From positions 17,794,001-17,858,000 of the forward strand of contig OZ024759.1 in the NCBI GenBank assembly GCA_964016885.1: a stretch of DNA of 64,000 bases, read 5' to 3'. Shown here piece after piece: positions 1 through 13,551 of the stretch. This DNA is from Eledone cirrhosa. Taxonomy: Eukaryota. The position numbers and the translations under genes were made by a program. Every line of letters starts with the position of its first letter. Positions within the stretch are counted from its first letter, which is position 1. The notes beneath the pieces are model-generated. The model was not told the origin of the DNA and made no database searches. It saw nothing but the letters and a program-made list of their open reading frames with translations.

Positions 1-334
1 ATTCTCTCTCTCTTATTCTCTCTCATTCTCTCTCTCTTATTCTCTCTCATTCTCTCTCTCTCTCATTCTCTCTCTCTCTCATTCTCTCTCATTCTCTCTC
101 TCTCTCATTCTCTCTCTCTCTCTCATTCTCTCTCTCTCTTTCTCTCTCTCTCTTTCTCTCTTATTCTCTCTCTCTCTCATTCTCTCTCTCTCTCATTCTC
201 TCTCTCTCTCATTCTCTCTTATTCTCTCTCATTCTCTCTCATTCTCTCTCTCTCTTATTCTCTCTCTCTCTTATTCTCTCTCATTCTCTCTCATTCTCTC
301 TCATTCTCTCTCATTCTCTCTCATTCTCTCTCAT

Positions 335-367
<33 letters not shown>

Positions 368-661
368 TATTCTCTCTCATTCTCTCTCTCTCTCTCTTAT
401 TCTCTCTCATTCTCTCTCTCTCTTATTCTCTCTCATTCTCTCTCTCTCATATTCTCTCTCATTCTCTCTCTCCCTTATTCTCTCTCATTCTCTCTCTCTC
501 TTATTCTCTCTCTCTCTTATTCTCTCTCTTATTCTCTCTCATTCTCTCTCTCTCTTATTCTCTCTCATTCTCTCTCTCTCTTATTCTCTCTCATTCTCTC
601 TCTCCCTTATTCTCTCTCATTCTCTCTCTCTCCCTTATTCTCTCTCATTCTCTCTCTCTCT

Positions 662-690
<29 letters not shown>
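1..690. repeat. Compound (CT)n/ATT(CT)n microsatellite
   Basis: Continuous attctctctc / ttattctctc units. Confidence 0.95.
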
Positions 691-696
<6 letters not shown>

Positions 697-836
697 ACTC
701 ACTCACTCACTCACTCACTCACTCACTCACTCACTCACTCACTCACTCACTCACTCACTCACTCACTCACTCACTCACTCACTCACTCACTCACTCACTC
801 ACTCACTCACTCACTCACTCACTCACTCACTCTCTC
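691..836. repeat. (TCAC)n tetranucleotide microsatellite
   Basis: Pure tcactcactcac run. Confidence 0.95.
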
Positions 837-1134
837 ACTTACTCTGTCATATTCTCTCTTTCACACTCTCTCTCACTTTCTCTCTCTTTCACACTCTCTC
901 TCACTTCCTCTCTCTCTTTCACACTCTCTTCTCACACATTCTTACTATGCCTCTCTCTCACACACTCTTATTATGTCTCTCTCTCACACACACATACACC
1001 AACATGGTTAAAGGGTTGTATACGTTTGTCTGCTCATATAAACATACATATTTAACTTTTTCGATACCAACCTGGTCAAAAATTGGTTCTGGTTCTATGA
1101 AACATAACTAATTTTAATGGCCATTCATATTTAA

Positions 1135-4100
1135 GAGGAGATGACCAGGACACAACCAAACCCTGCTGTGTGACGGTGGAGCAGAGGAGATGACCAGGAC
1201 AAAACTAAACCCTGCTGTGTGGTAGTGGAGCAGAGGAGATGACCAGGACAAAACTAAACCCTACTGTGTGGCAGTGGAGCAGAGGAGATGACTAGGACAA
1301 AACTAAACCCTGCTGTGTGGCAGTGGAGCAGAGGAGATGACCAGGACAAAACTAAACCCTGCTGTGTGGTAGTGGAGCAGAGGAGATGGCTAGGACAAAA
1401 CCAACTCTGCTGTGTGGTAGTGGAGCAGAGGAGATGACCAGGACAAAACTAAACCCTGCTGTGTAGCAGTGGAGCAGAGGAGATGACCAGGACTAAACTA
1501 AACCCTGCTGTGTGGCAGTGGAGCAGAGGAGATGACCAGGACAAAACTAAACCCTGCTGTGTGGTAGTGGAGCAGAGGAGATGACCAGGACAAAACTAAA
1601 CCCTGCTGTGTGGTAGTGGAGCAGAGGAGATGACCAGGACAAAACTAAACCCTGCTGTGTGGTAGTGGAGCAGAGGAGATGGCTAAGACTAAACTAAACC
1701 CTGCTGTGTGGTAGTAGAGCAGAGGAGATGGCTAGGACTAAACTAAACCCTGCTGTGTGGTAGTGGAGCAGAGGAGATGACCAGGACTAAACTAAACCCT
1801 GCTGTGTGGTAGTGGAGCAGAGGAGATGACCAGGACTAAACTAAACCCTGCTGTGTGGTAGTGGAGCAGAGGAGATGACCAGGACAAAACTAAACACTGC
1901 TGTGTGGTAGTGGAGCAGAGGAGATGACCAGGACAAAACTAAACCCTGCTGTGTGGTAGTGGAGCAGAGGAGATGACCAGGACAAAACTAAACCCTGCTG
2001 TGTGGTAGTGGAGCAGAGGAGATGACCAGGACAAAACTAAACCCTGCTGTGTGGTAGTGGAGCAGAGGAGATGACCAGGACAAAACTAAACACTGCTGTG
2101 TGGTAGTGGAGCAGAGGAGATGACCAGGACAAAACTAAACCCTGCTGTGTGGTAGTGGAGCAGAGGAGATGACCAGGACAAAACTAAACACTGCTGTGTG
2201 GTAGTGGAGCAGAGGAGATGACCAGGACTAAACTAAACCCTGCTGTGTGGCAGTGGAGCAGAGGAGATGACTAGGACAAAACTAAACACTGCTGTGTGGT
2301 AGTGGAGCAGAGGAGATGACCAGGACAAAACTAAACCCTGCTGTGTGGTAGTGGAGCAGAGGAGATGACCAGGACAAAACTAAACCCTGCTGTGTGGTAG
2401 TGGAGCAGAGGAGATGACCAGGACTAAACTAAACCCTGCTGTGTGGTAGTGGAGCAGAGGAGATGACCAGGACAAAACTAAACACTGCTGTGTGGTAGTG
2501 GAGCAGAGGAGATGACCAGGACAAAACTAAACCCTGCTGTGTGGCAGTGGAGCAGAGGAGATGACCAGGACTAAACTAAACCCTGCTGTGTGGTAGTGGA
2601 GCAGAGGAGATGACCAGGACAAAACTAAACCCTGCTGTGTGGCAGTGGAGCAGAGGAGATGACTAGGACAAAACTAAACCCTGCTGTGTGGCAGTGGAGC
2701 AGAGGAGATGGCTAGGACAAAACTAAACCCTGCTGTGTGGCAGTGGAGCAGAGGAGATGACCAGGACAAAACTAAACCCTGCTGTGTGGTAGTGGAGCAG
2801 AGGAGATGACCAGGACAAAACTAAACACTGCTGTGTGGTAGTGGAGCAGAGGAGATGACCAGGACTAAACTAAACCCTGCTGTGTGGTAGTGGAGCAGAG
2901 GAGATGACCAGGACAAAACTAAACCCTGCTGTGTGGTAGTGGAGCAGAGGAGATGACCAGGACAAAACTAAACCCTGCTGTGTGGCAGTGGAGCAGAGGA
3001 GATGACCAGGACAAAACTAAACCCTGCTGTGTGGTAGTGGAGCAGAGGAGATGACCAGGACAAAACTAAACCCTGCTGTGTGGCAGTGGAGCAGAGGAGA
3101 TGACCAGGACAAAACTAAACCCTGCTGTGGAGCAGAGGAGATGACCAGGACAAAACTAAACCCTGCTGTGGAGCAGAGGAGATGACCAGGACAAAACTAA
3201 ACCCTGCTGTGGAGCAGAGGAGATGACCAGGACAAAACTAAACCCTGCTGTGGAGCAGAGGAGATGACCAGGACAAAACTAAACCCTGCTGTGGAGCAGA
3301 GGAGATGACCAGGACAAAACTAAACCCTGCTGTGAAGCAGAGGAGATGACCAGGACAAAACTAAACCCTGCTGTGTGGCAGTGGAGCAGAGGAGATGACC
3401 AGGACAAAACTAAACCCTGCTGTGTGGTAGTGGAGCAGAGGAGATGACCAGGACAAAACTAAACCCTGCTGTGTGGCAGTGGAGCAGAGGAGATGACCAG
3501 GACAAAACCAAACCCTGCTGTGTGGTAGTGGAGCAGAGGAGATGACCAGGACAAAACTAAACCCTGCTGTGTGGTAGTGGAGCAGAGGAGATGACTAGGA
3601 CAAAACCAAACCCTACTGTGTGGTAGTGGAGCAGAGGAGATGACTAGGACAAAACTAAACCCTGCTGTGTAGCAGTGGAGCAGAGGAGATGACCAGGACA
3701 AAACTAAACCCTGCTGTGTGGTAGTGGAGCAGAGGAGATGGCTAGGACAAAACTAAACCCTACTGTGTGGTAGTGGAGCAGAGGAGATGGCCAGGACAAA
3801 ACTAAACCCTACTGTGTGGTAGTGGAGCAGAGGAGATGACCAGGACAAAACTAAACCCTGCTGTGTGGTAGTGGAGCAGAGGAGATGGCTAGGACAAAAC
3901 TAAACCCTGCTGTGTGGTAGTGGAGCAGAGGAGATGACCAGGACAAAACTAAACCCTGCTGTGTGACGGTGGAGCAGAGGAGATGACCAGGACAAAACTA
4001 AACTCTGCTGTGTGACAGTGGAGCAGAGGAGATGACCAGGACAAAACTAAACCCTGCTGTGTGACGGTGGAGCAGAGGAGATGACTAGGACAAAACTAAA

Positions 4101-4551
4101 CCCTGCTGTGTGGCAGTGGAGCAGAGGAGATGACCAGGACAAAACTAAACCCTGCTGTGTGGCAGTGGAGCAGAGGAGATGACCAGGACAAAACTAAACC
4201 CTGCTGTGTAGCAGTGGAGCAGAGGAGATGGCTAGGACAAAACTAAACCCTGCTGTGTGGCAGTGGAGCAGAGGAGATGGCTAGGACAAAACTAAACCCT
4301 GCTGTGTGGTAGTGGAGCAGAGGAGATGACCAGGACAAAACTAAACCCTGCTGTGTGGTAGTGGAGCAGAGGAGATGACCAGGACAAAACTAAACCCTGC
4401 TGTGTGGTAGTGGAGCAGAGGAGATGGCTAGGACAAAACTAAACCCTGCTGTGTGGCAGTGGAGCAGAGGAGATGGCTAGGACAAAACTAAACCCTGCTG
4501 TGTGGCAGTGGAGCAGAGGAGATGGCTAGAACAAAACCAAAATCTGCTACA
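1135..4551. repeat. 49-bp minisatellite, about 70 units
   Basis: Unit GAGGAGATGACCAGGACAAAACTAAACCCTGCTGTGTGGTAGTGGAGCA; starts at 1135, 1184 and onward; six 41-bp deletion units at about 3100-3345. Confidence 0.97.
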
Positions 4552-5096
4552 TGGAGGAAACAAAATGCTGCTTCTTCTTCTTCTTGTCGCCACACTTATA
4601 ACTGCTGCTTGTTGAGGTTGTAGGGTTAGCAGTATCTTATCAATACCCCCAGAGCTGCTGTGTGGACGCTCCTATTTTGACCCCAACCATTTGTTCCAAA
4701 TGTCATATTAATATTTTACTATTTTTTGGCAATATTAGAACATGCCCCTTCCCCCTTCCATATAACAATATCTGTTTCAACACATGATTTCATATCAAAA
4801 CCCTTGCAAAGCAAATACATCGCTGCCATATTTATGATAGAATATTTAATAATAATTCTAGTAAATCACTTGAAATTCTTCAACAATCAATTGAAATGCA
4901 GAAATGTCATTAGAAATATGGTACTGAAAGGATCAAATTCATTTCTCCTTCTAGGGCTCTCTCTCTATGTGTGTGTGAGTGTGTGTATGTATATATTTAT
5001 GGTGTGTGCGTTTATATATCTGTATGTGTGTATGTATATATACGGACTAGGGGAGGAAATACTGTATATATTTTATCTAATAGTTCTTCAGACTTG

Positions 5097-5102
<6 letters not shown>

Positions 5103-5144
<42 letters not shown>

Positions 5145-5380
5145 GTGTGTGTATGTGTATATATATATAAATATAGGTATGTGTATGTATATATATATAT
5201 ATAGGTGTATGTATGTATATATATATATATATATATATATGGGTGTATGTATGTATATATATATATATATATATATAAAATCATATATACATATATATAT
5301 AGGTGTATGTATGTATGTATATGTATACATAAATATAGGTGTGTGTATGCATATATATATATGTGTGTGTGCATATATAT

Positions 5381-5412
<32 letters not shown>

Positions 5413-5548
5413 AAATATATATATATATATATATAAAATATATAGATATATATATATATAAAATATATATATATAAAATATATATATATATAAAATATAT
5501 ATATATATAAAATATATATATATATATAAAATATATATATATATATAT

Positions 5549-5618
<70 letters not shown>

Positions 5619-5636
5619 TATATATATATATATAAA

Positions 5637-5668
<32 letters not shown>

Positions 5669-5705
5669 TATATATATATATATATAAAATATATATATAT
5701 ATATC
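5103..5705. repeat. Compound (TA)n microsatellite
   Basis: Interrupted TA runs; source of the YIYI ORFs. Confidence 0.95.
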
Positions 5706-6092
5706 GAACATGTTTTAATTATACATAAAGGAATATATACTGATAATATCGATTGAGCAACCGGTAGTATTTTGTACATGTGTACAGAACAATTAAGTTG
5801 TAAGAAGCTACACTTACTTTAAGATGGTAAATTTTATATTCCTAATTAGTAGGTCCTAAGAAAAATATAGCTATTTTATTGAGAAACACAATTGTTATAT
5901 ATTTTTATGTATCGATTCAACTTCAGTTTATCACATATATATGTGTGTCTGTCTGTGTCAGTGACATCTCTGATGGTTTCAAAAGAATAAAACATGAAAT
6001 AGAGATGCCTCTACTTTACCAATGTATTGAAAACTTTTTTGGACTGTGGTTAGTTACTCCCTGACACTGACAAAACTCTGAAATCTACACAC

Positions 6093-6164
<72 letters not shown>

Positions 6165-6165
6165 G

Positions 6166-6287
6166 TAACAAAGGAAGTGTGGTAAGGAACCAGGTGGACC
6201 ATAACGCACCAGAGTACTTGATACTTTGGGGAGTAGAGTGGGTAATAGGAAAAGAGTCAGGACCCCAGGTTCTGACTATTTTCCTAT
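6166..6287 (-). mobile_element. PLE-type 3' cassette (family H3) starting at the predicted HHR cleavage site, with a short fold-back arm
   Basis: Homologous to 27249-27348 and 60162-60282; flanked by (TA)n; hairpin ATAGGAAAAGAGTCAGGACC...GGTTCTGACTATTTTCCTAT. Confidence 0.7.
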
Positions 6288-6333
6288 ATATATATATATG
6301 TGTGTGTGTGTGTATATATATATATATGTGTGG

Positions 6334-6367
<34 letters not shown>

Positions 6368-6529
6368 GTGTGGGTGTGTGTGTGTATATATATATATGTG
6401 TGGGTGTGTGTGTGTATATATATATATATGTCTGGGTATGTGTGTGTATATATATGTGTGTGTGTGTGTATATATGTGTATGTGTGGATATATATATATA
6501 TATGTGTATGTATATATATGTATACGCAT

Positions 6530-6800
6530 AGGGAACAGACAAAGTTGATGTTCTTGAAGCTTTTGCTCGTTACCTTATGAGCCTTGAGCACGTACCCTTA
6601 TTATGTAAGCAGCTGTCTGATGAGATCATGGTACTGGTTAGGCGGAATCGCATGGCCACTGTCGTCATTGAAATATGTATCACGGCCTTGTCAATAAAGG
6701 ACTGAAATTAGTTCGCATTTTCTTATTCTAAATACACTCAGCATTCCTCTGTGGAAAAAGTATTTAGAGTGCTTGAATTGAATTGAATTGAATTGAATTG
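6530..6800 (+). mobile_element. PLE 3' end: possible GIY-YIG C-terminus, HHR and AATAAA
   Basis: Frame VLEAFARYLMSLEHVPLLCKQ resembles a PLE endonuclease C-terminus (weak); HHR at 6612-6686; AATAAA at 6693; GAGTGC at 6767; (GAATT)n tail. Confidence 0.55.
6612..6686 (+). ncRNA. Type I hammerhead ribozyme motif, intact core
   Basis: GCTGT-CTGATGA-long stem II-GAAA-TATGT-ATC^-ACGGC; stem I GCTGT/ACGGC; AUC site at 6679-6681. Confidence 0.75.
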
Positions 6801-6849
6801 CATAAATGTTTACCGTAAGGATATATATATATATATATATCAACAGTCG

Positions 6850-7058
6850 ATCAACTTGCGTCAAATCAGACCGAGGAAACTATGTTTCCATTGGTCTTTC
6901 CAATTGCTAATACCACCCATCAGCCGCAACTCCAAGTAGAAGGAGCAACGCGAAATAAAGTGTCTAGCTCAAGGACATAACACATCACCCAGGCCAGGAA
7001 TCGATCTGACTGCCTCACGATAGTGAATCCAATTCTCTAACCACTCAACCATGTGCTT

Positions 7059-7060
<2 letters not shown>
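6850..7060 (-). mobile_element. Diverged tRNA-derived SINE (family S2)
   Basis: Reverse complement resembles the 41069 copy head (gcacatggttgagtggttagag ... ccttgagctagacactttatttc). Confidence 0.6.
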
Positions 7061-7092
<32 letters not shown>

Positions 7093-7956
7093 TATTATTA
7101 TTATTACAAAATATTTTGAAGCAGTGTTTCTATGGAAGATGCTCTCACACATTTATTTATTTCATTTTCAAATATAACTCTTCTTCCATTTCCATAACTT
7201 TCCTGTATATCTGAGTAACCACCATAATGTTGGCCAACATGTCAGTTAAAGTCACCAGCTGGGATAATGAGGCTGTTGTCATTTATTATTGAAGTATCTC
7301 GAAAGAGGTTTCATTTGGCCATCGGCTAATCCTAATGACGTATATTATGTCCAGCATCTCCATTAAAGTCTTCACCCATGTTAACACTTTTGATACCAAC
7401 AGCCCTGGTTTTATGATACACTAATGTTCAAACTTCTATTGAAAGCTTCCATCATAATTTTATTTCAGAAATTTTTGTTAACTAATTTTGCAAACTTCAG
7501 CTTGCTTATGTAAAGAGTAGACCATGAACAAGATGGCTGGAATACATCTATGAGCTCTGCTGATCACACTTGGGGATCAAGCTAGATCAGCTGGAGACAG
7601 TTGCTTGTGACAGGACCTGCTGGAATACATGCTTGACAACTCTACCTCCTATGACCCCCCCCCCCCCCCCCCCCCGCACCCAAGGAATAAGTGGGCAAAT
7701 AAGAAGAATTGATAGACATAGGCAAGGTTAATCTTTTCATTACTGTTTATTATGAAAGACACTGCCTATGGTTTCAAAATAATCAACAATTTGGAAGGAT
7801 TTAATAATTTAATTAAATTTCACATGATTAAGCTGTTGTTTGGAGCATAACATAACAAACTATGTTTCATAAAATGGTGATGGAGGATTTTCAGATAAAT
7901 ATAAACACTTTCACCATTTCATGATCATATTTCTTTTGATAGACAGTTTATGCTTA

Positions 7957-8172
7957 TTAACCCTTTAGCATTTAAACCAGCCGTATCCGGCCAGAATTCT
8001 CTCACCCCTTTCTGTTCAAACCGGTCGTAACTGGCCCCTCATACCGATGTTAAAGTATTGTTCTGAGAATAAATAATATCAAAATCTCATAGATTCAATA
8101 TTATGTGAGATATGTGAGATACAGCCTTTTCTGTGAAAATACAATAGAGTAATGTGAATGCTAAAGGGTTAA
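7957..8172. mobile_element. piggyBac-like MITE, complete
   Basis: TTAA-CCCTTTAGCATT ... AATGCTAAAGGG-TTAA; other copies at 9684-9905, 21099-21327 and 36627-36692 (partial). Confidence 0.85.
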
Positions 8173-8384
8173 ATATTTTTCACATTAATCGAGAATTTGG
8201 AGGGATTTAGTAATATAACTAAATTTCTTGTTATTAAACTGGTGTGTAGAAAATAACAAGCCAATGTTATGACAGAAAATTAACGGTTTTTAGGTAAGCC
8301 ATCTTGTGTTGTTGAACTTGGGGCAATTTCAGACGTTTTTATATTGAAAACGTTAGTCTATTGAGTGGTGAATTGGCAGAGTTG

Positions 8385-8520
8385 TTTGAATATCAGATAG
8401 AATGCTTTGTGTTATTTGTTTCAGCTCTCTGCTGTCTGAGTTCAAATCCTACCAAGGTCAACTTTGCCTTTCATCTATTTGAGGTTGATAAAAAAGGGTA
8501 CCAGTCTAGTACTGGGGTTG
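8385..8520 (+). mobile_element. Diverged SINE (family S1-like)
   Basis: tggcagagt A-box-like, GAGTTCAAATC B box, caactttgcctttcatc core. Confidence 0.65.
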
Positions 8521-9683
8521 ATTCTTCCTCTTTAACTATTTTTCACTTCTATCCTCTCATTCTTTTTGTTCTTCTCTTGAAGAAATCTGCTGTATTTAGA
8601 CCTGGAGAGGAGATGAGCTCTGCCAGGTTTCAAAATGCCCTAGAAATGCAGTATGTCAATGTGGTGCCCCTTCAACTCCCTCAGGAGTTACGGAACCCTC
8701 TAAGTTAGTCTATTACATCATCATGCTCTCCCGCTATCACTACCTCCACTTGCATTACTGTTTAATTCATTACTAAGCTTGTGTTTGGAACATAACTTAA
8801 CAACATTTCTTACAAAGGAACACATTTTTGTTCTTACATGCTCTGTATGCTGGTACGGATGTTTCTATATGTGTATGTATGCATGTATATATAAGTATGT
8901 GTGTATATATCGTTAATACACAGATCTCTGCCATTGTTACCATATAAATGTATATATATATATGTGTGTGTTTATATTGAAGTATGTATTTGTGTGTATG
9001 TATGTATGTATGTATTGTTAATACACAGATCGCAATTGCTACCACAATGAAGTATGCATGTGTGCGTGTATATATATATATATATATATGTGTATGTAAG
9101 AGTATATGTATCATTAATGCACAGATCCCCACCATTGCTATCACAATGATGTGTGCATGTGTGTGCAAGTGTCTGTATCTGTATGTGTGTGTGTGTGTTT
9201 ATATGTATAGGTAATTATGTATGTGCCGTTAATACACAGATTGCTACCACATTGATGTTTGTATGTGTGTGCAAGTGTTTGTATATGTCTGTGTATATGT
9301 ATATGTAAGCATGTATGTACCTTTAATATACAGATCACCACCATCACTACCACAAAGACATATGCCTAGACAATATGTGTGAAAGCTCTCCAACATGCAT
9401 GACACTAAGCACATGCTATTTCAAGGCCCCAGAAGAAAGGATACATAATAGAAGGGGTTTTTCAGATAAATGTAAATACTTCTAAATAAAAGCACTGTAT
9501 TATAGACCTAGGGTCAGTTTCAGGCAGTTTGATATCAAAATGGGTATTGTCAGTTTTTCCAGTTTGGCATATATTGAATTGGTTTGTTTGTCATACAACC
9601 ATATCACTGCCTGTTGTGACAAAATTATAATGAAATGTCTTTAGATAAATATAAACACTTTAACCCTTTTGAGTCTGTATTCC

Positions 9684-9905
9684 TAAACCCTTTAGTATTT
9701 ACATTACTCTATATTTACTATTGTATTTTTATGGTAAAGGCTTTACTTCACATAAATATCTCACACAATATCGAATCTCTGAGATTTTGATATTATTTAT
9801 TTTGAGAACAATACCTTAACATCAGTGTGAGAGGCTGGTTGTGGCCAGTTTGAACAGAAAGAGGTGAGAGAATCCTAGCTGGTCATGGCTGGTTTAAATG
9901 CTAAG
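9684..9905. mobile_element. piggyBac-like MITE copy (opposite orientation to 7957)
   Basis: aaccctttagtatttacattactct ... ggtttaaatgctaag. Confidence 0.75.
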
Positions 9906-10711
9906 AAAGATTCTGTCAATGATTTTGGAGGGATTTAGTAATATAACTAGCTCTCTCATTATTAAGCTGGTATTTGGAACATAACAAAGGTTCTGACATC
10001 TATAATATAATAAAGGGAGGAGTGTGGGACAGCGTCTGTTTTATAATCCTTTATCCCGTTATTAAAATAAGTTGGGTTACATTGAATAAATAATTGTTTC
10101 TACTTTAGACACAAGGCTAGCAATTACCCAGTGTATTACTGGTACTTTATTTTATCGACTCCGTAAGGATGAAAGGCAATTGAATAAATCATGAATGAAT
10201 AGTATGGCAACATGACCCCCCAAAGTATAACAATACAGAATAGTATGTAATTTATCTTCTAAACTTCATAGCTCTTGATTAAACATTAATATTCTTGTAT
10301 ATAAAGTATTGCTTATTTTAAGATTCACTTCTTTAAAATTTTCAAACGTCAACACTGCCGGTTAGCGTCTGTTATATTATAACACTTATTACATCGCTTA
10401 CATAAACGTTCATATATTTGCATCGTTATATAAGGTTAATATTTAGGTCGTTAATTTTCTACTTTTTCATTTTCATAACATTTTAGTTTATTATATATGC
10501 AGTTTATATATAATATCGTCTTTTTTAAAATCTATCATGGATTGCTTTACTGATTACAGAAGAGAGTGTAACACAAAGTTCATTCAATTTCTGTGCATAT
10601 TGTCAATTAAGATTTCATTTGATGTATCATAACTACATGCATATATACTTGCATATAATATCAATATGCACACTGCACACTACACCTTCGGGTGGTTTTC
10701 TGCTAGTAAAA

Positions 10712-10903
10712 TTATAAGTGTTTCTACTTTAGGCACAAGGCCAGCAATTACCCAGTGCATTACTGTTACTTTATTTTATCGACCCCGTAAGGATGAAAGG
10801 CAAAGTCAACCTCGGCGGGATTTGAACTCAGATCATAAAGGGACGTAACTATGCTGGAAAGCATGGCGTCCGACCCTCTACCGATACTGCCAATCCACCA
10901 CCC
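10712..10903 (-). mobile_element. Young tRNA-derived SINE S1 (Nin/Deu-like core) with TSD
   Basis: Minus strand: A box TGGCAGTATCGG, B box GAGTTCAAATC, GCCTTTCATCCTTACGGGGTCGATAAAATAAAGT; TSD TGCTAGTAAAATTATAA at 10701 and 10908. Confidence 0.9.
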
Positions 10904-11659
10904 TTTTTGCTAGTAAAATTATAATGGAAGATTTTTAGATGAATATAAACACTTTAACTTTTTCATGTCTATATTTCTTAAGAAAGACTACCTACGATTT
11001 TCGAATAATATTCAAAACAATTAAAAATTTGGAGGATTTAGTAATATAACTAACTTTCTCATCATTAAGCTGGTATTTGGAACATAACTTGAGAAAGGTT
11101 CTTACATAAAAATTAAGCTGGTATCTGGAACATGGTTTTTACATAAAATTACGATGGAGGGTTTACCCAATCTCATCTTGTTTGTGAAAAGCCATCATCC
11201 TAGTAAAGGACTTCATTATTTCTTTCTTGTCTTGTTTCTCTTATCCCCAGAGTATTAGATAACACCTGCCCCACACCCAATCTCTTTCACATGTTCCAAC
11301 CACCTAACTAATATTTCACTTCTCACATTATATTTTTCAGGTATGTGTTTTTCTCAATTGAGAGCATTTGCAAAATTTTATTATCTTTTCTTGAGTTTGA
11401 GGAATTATGTAAGTTATTTCATCTTTTTTTTTTTAAATACTTTTAAAATAAGTAAAGTTAATAAAAAAATGTATTAACTTACGTGATTGTAGAAAAACTT
11501 CCATGTATTTTCTTTTCTAATATATATTTAACTGTTTTATTTTCATATTTCTAATGAAAAAACGCTGCCTACGATTTTTAACACACTTTGAAAGTACTCA
11601 AGTATTTGGAGGGATTTAGTAATACAAATGATGTAGTTATATAATATGACTGCACTCTC

Positions 11660-11890
11660 CTTCTTTTTCTTCTTCTACATCTTCTTTGCCTTCGTCTTCA
11701 TCTTTGTCTTCTTTGTCTTCTTCTTCTTCTTCTTTTTCTTCTTTGTCTTCTTCTTCTTCTTTTTCTTCTTTGTCTTCTTCTTTGACTTATTTTTCTTCTT
11801 CTTCTTCGCCTACTTCTTCTTCTTCTTCTTTGCCTACTTCTTCTTCTTTGCCTTCTTCTTTCCTTCTTCTTTGCCTTCTTCTTCTTCTGC
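11660..11890. repeat. Degenerate (TTC)n microsatellite
   Basis: ttcttc runs; gives poly-F/S/R ORFs. Confidence 0.9.
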
Positions 11891-13551
11891 AATCATGGGG
11901 ATATGTCACTGGTCATGTATTACCAACAATTGTGATGTCCCCCCCCCCCCCCCACACACACATGCACTTACAGTAAACATGTTGATTAATCAGGATTGCT
12001 TATGTAACTCACCAATCGGTGAATAATGCTGTAATTTGATTTAAGCGCTTAACCTCATGTATTTGTCAGTCAGTGGTGGAGTAAATACAGAATACGGAAA
12101 AATGTGAAGTTTGGTGTAGAAGATTAAATGTTCCTTATCATCAAAGCTGTGATAGATATTTCAGTATCGATCATGACTATGTAATGATTCAATGACACAA
12201 CCAGTTATGCAGTATCATCTGATAATATCTTAGGTTGTGTTTCTGAGGCAATCCAATTTAAAGACAACAGAATGAACAGAAATGTTGTTTTCATTACTGA
12301 AATCTATTCCCTTGAAATGTATATCACAGCTTTTAAATATCTGCTCTGAACTTTGCATTTTCCTTATTCTCTCTCTATATATATAATATGACAACCTCCT
12401 TAATGTCGGTGACCCATATGATAAATGCACCCAGTACACACTGTAAAGTGGTTGCTGACAGGAAGGGCATCCAGGCATAGAAAGCTTGCGAAACAAAGGG
12501 TTGGGAGGACCCTTCAGTTATGTCAAAGACATGATAGCCGTTCTAGTGCTGGTTCCATGATAAAGGAGAACGTGGAACAAAATGTAAGCGAGATGTAGAC
12601 CACTCCCCCCAGCCAGTCTGGATGGTCAGTAGCACCGCTCCAATTCAGACTTTGTCTGTATAAAACTGTCCAACCCTTGCTAGCAGGGGTAGTGGACATT
12701 AAATGATTATATATATATATTTACACACACTCACATATATGGTATCAATGATGTTGACTTGTTCTTCTTTTTGGTAAATATCATCTTGGTTAAGAGAGTG
12801 GGACTGGCTTTGTGCGGTGCCTTTGCTCACTATAAAAGCTTCACGGCACAGGCATTGCTTTATAGCTGGAGATCTATCTGCGCTTGTCATCACATGGTAC
12901 CATGGGCCCAGCTCTATGTGTCAATAATTGTCACAAGTGTAGTGTTTGTACCAGAGTTTTCAAGTCGCTGGCTGGACTAAAAATCACACTCGTTCAGCGC
13001 ATCGGTAGGGGTTCTCCTACATGGATATAAAGTAGTGGCCATACTCGAAAACGAGTTGGCAGCCACCATATATACATATATAAATATTCACATACGTATG
13101 CAAAAAAATATTCAGCTAATTTAAGAAGAAAGTTAGCCTCCTGATTATTCTCATAGCAAGAATTTGTTCTCCCCACTAAACTTACTGATGTTAATTAGAT
13201 ATTTTATTCTCTATGCATACATTTCAACATATCTCAAGAGAACATTTTCACAAGTTACTGTTATGTCTATGTATTTTTTAAAAGCAATATTTGCTCGTAA
13301 TCTTTTCAACATAATAGCATCTGCGTCCATGGATTGATATATCTCAGTTTCAGAAAATCCCACATTAGAGTGAAAGCAGACGTAAAATGATGATGATGGT
13401 GACGATGATGATGATATATGTATATGCATTCGTAAGTGAATAATAATAATATCACAATATTATTGTTGCTATCAGAATAATCAGGAGGCTAACTTTTTTC
13501 TTAAATTAGCTGAATACTTTTTTGCATACATATATGTATATAATCATTTAA

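Noticed and set aside
1135-4551. CRISPR-like appearance of the 49-bp and 61-bp arrays
   Set aside because: Head-to-tail units without unique spacers, no cas genes, eukaryotic context.
11646-12026. Poly-Phe/Ser/Arg ORFs
   Set aside because: (TTC)n microsatellite.
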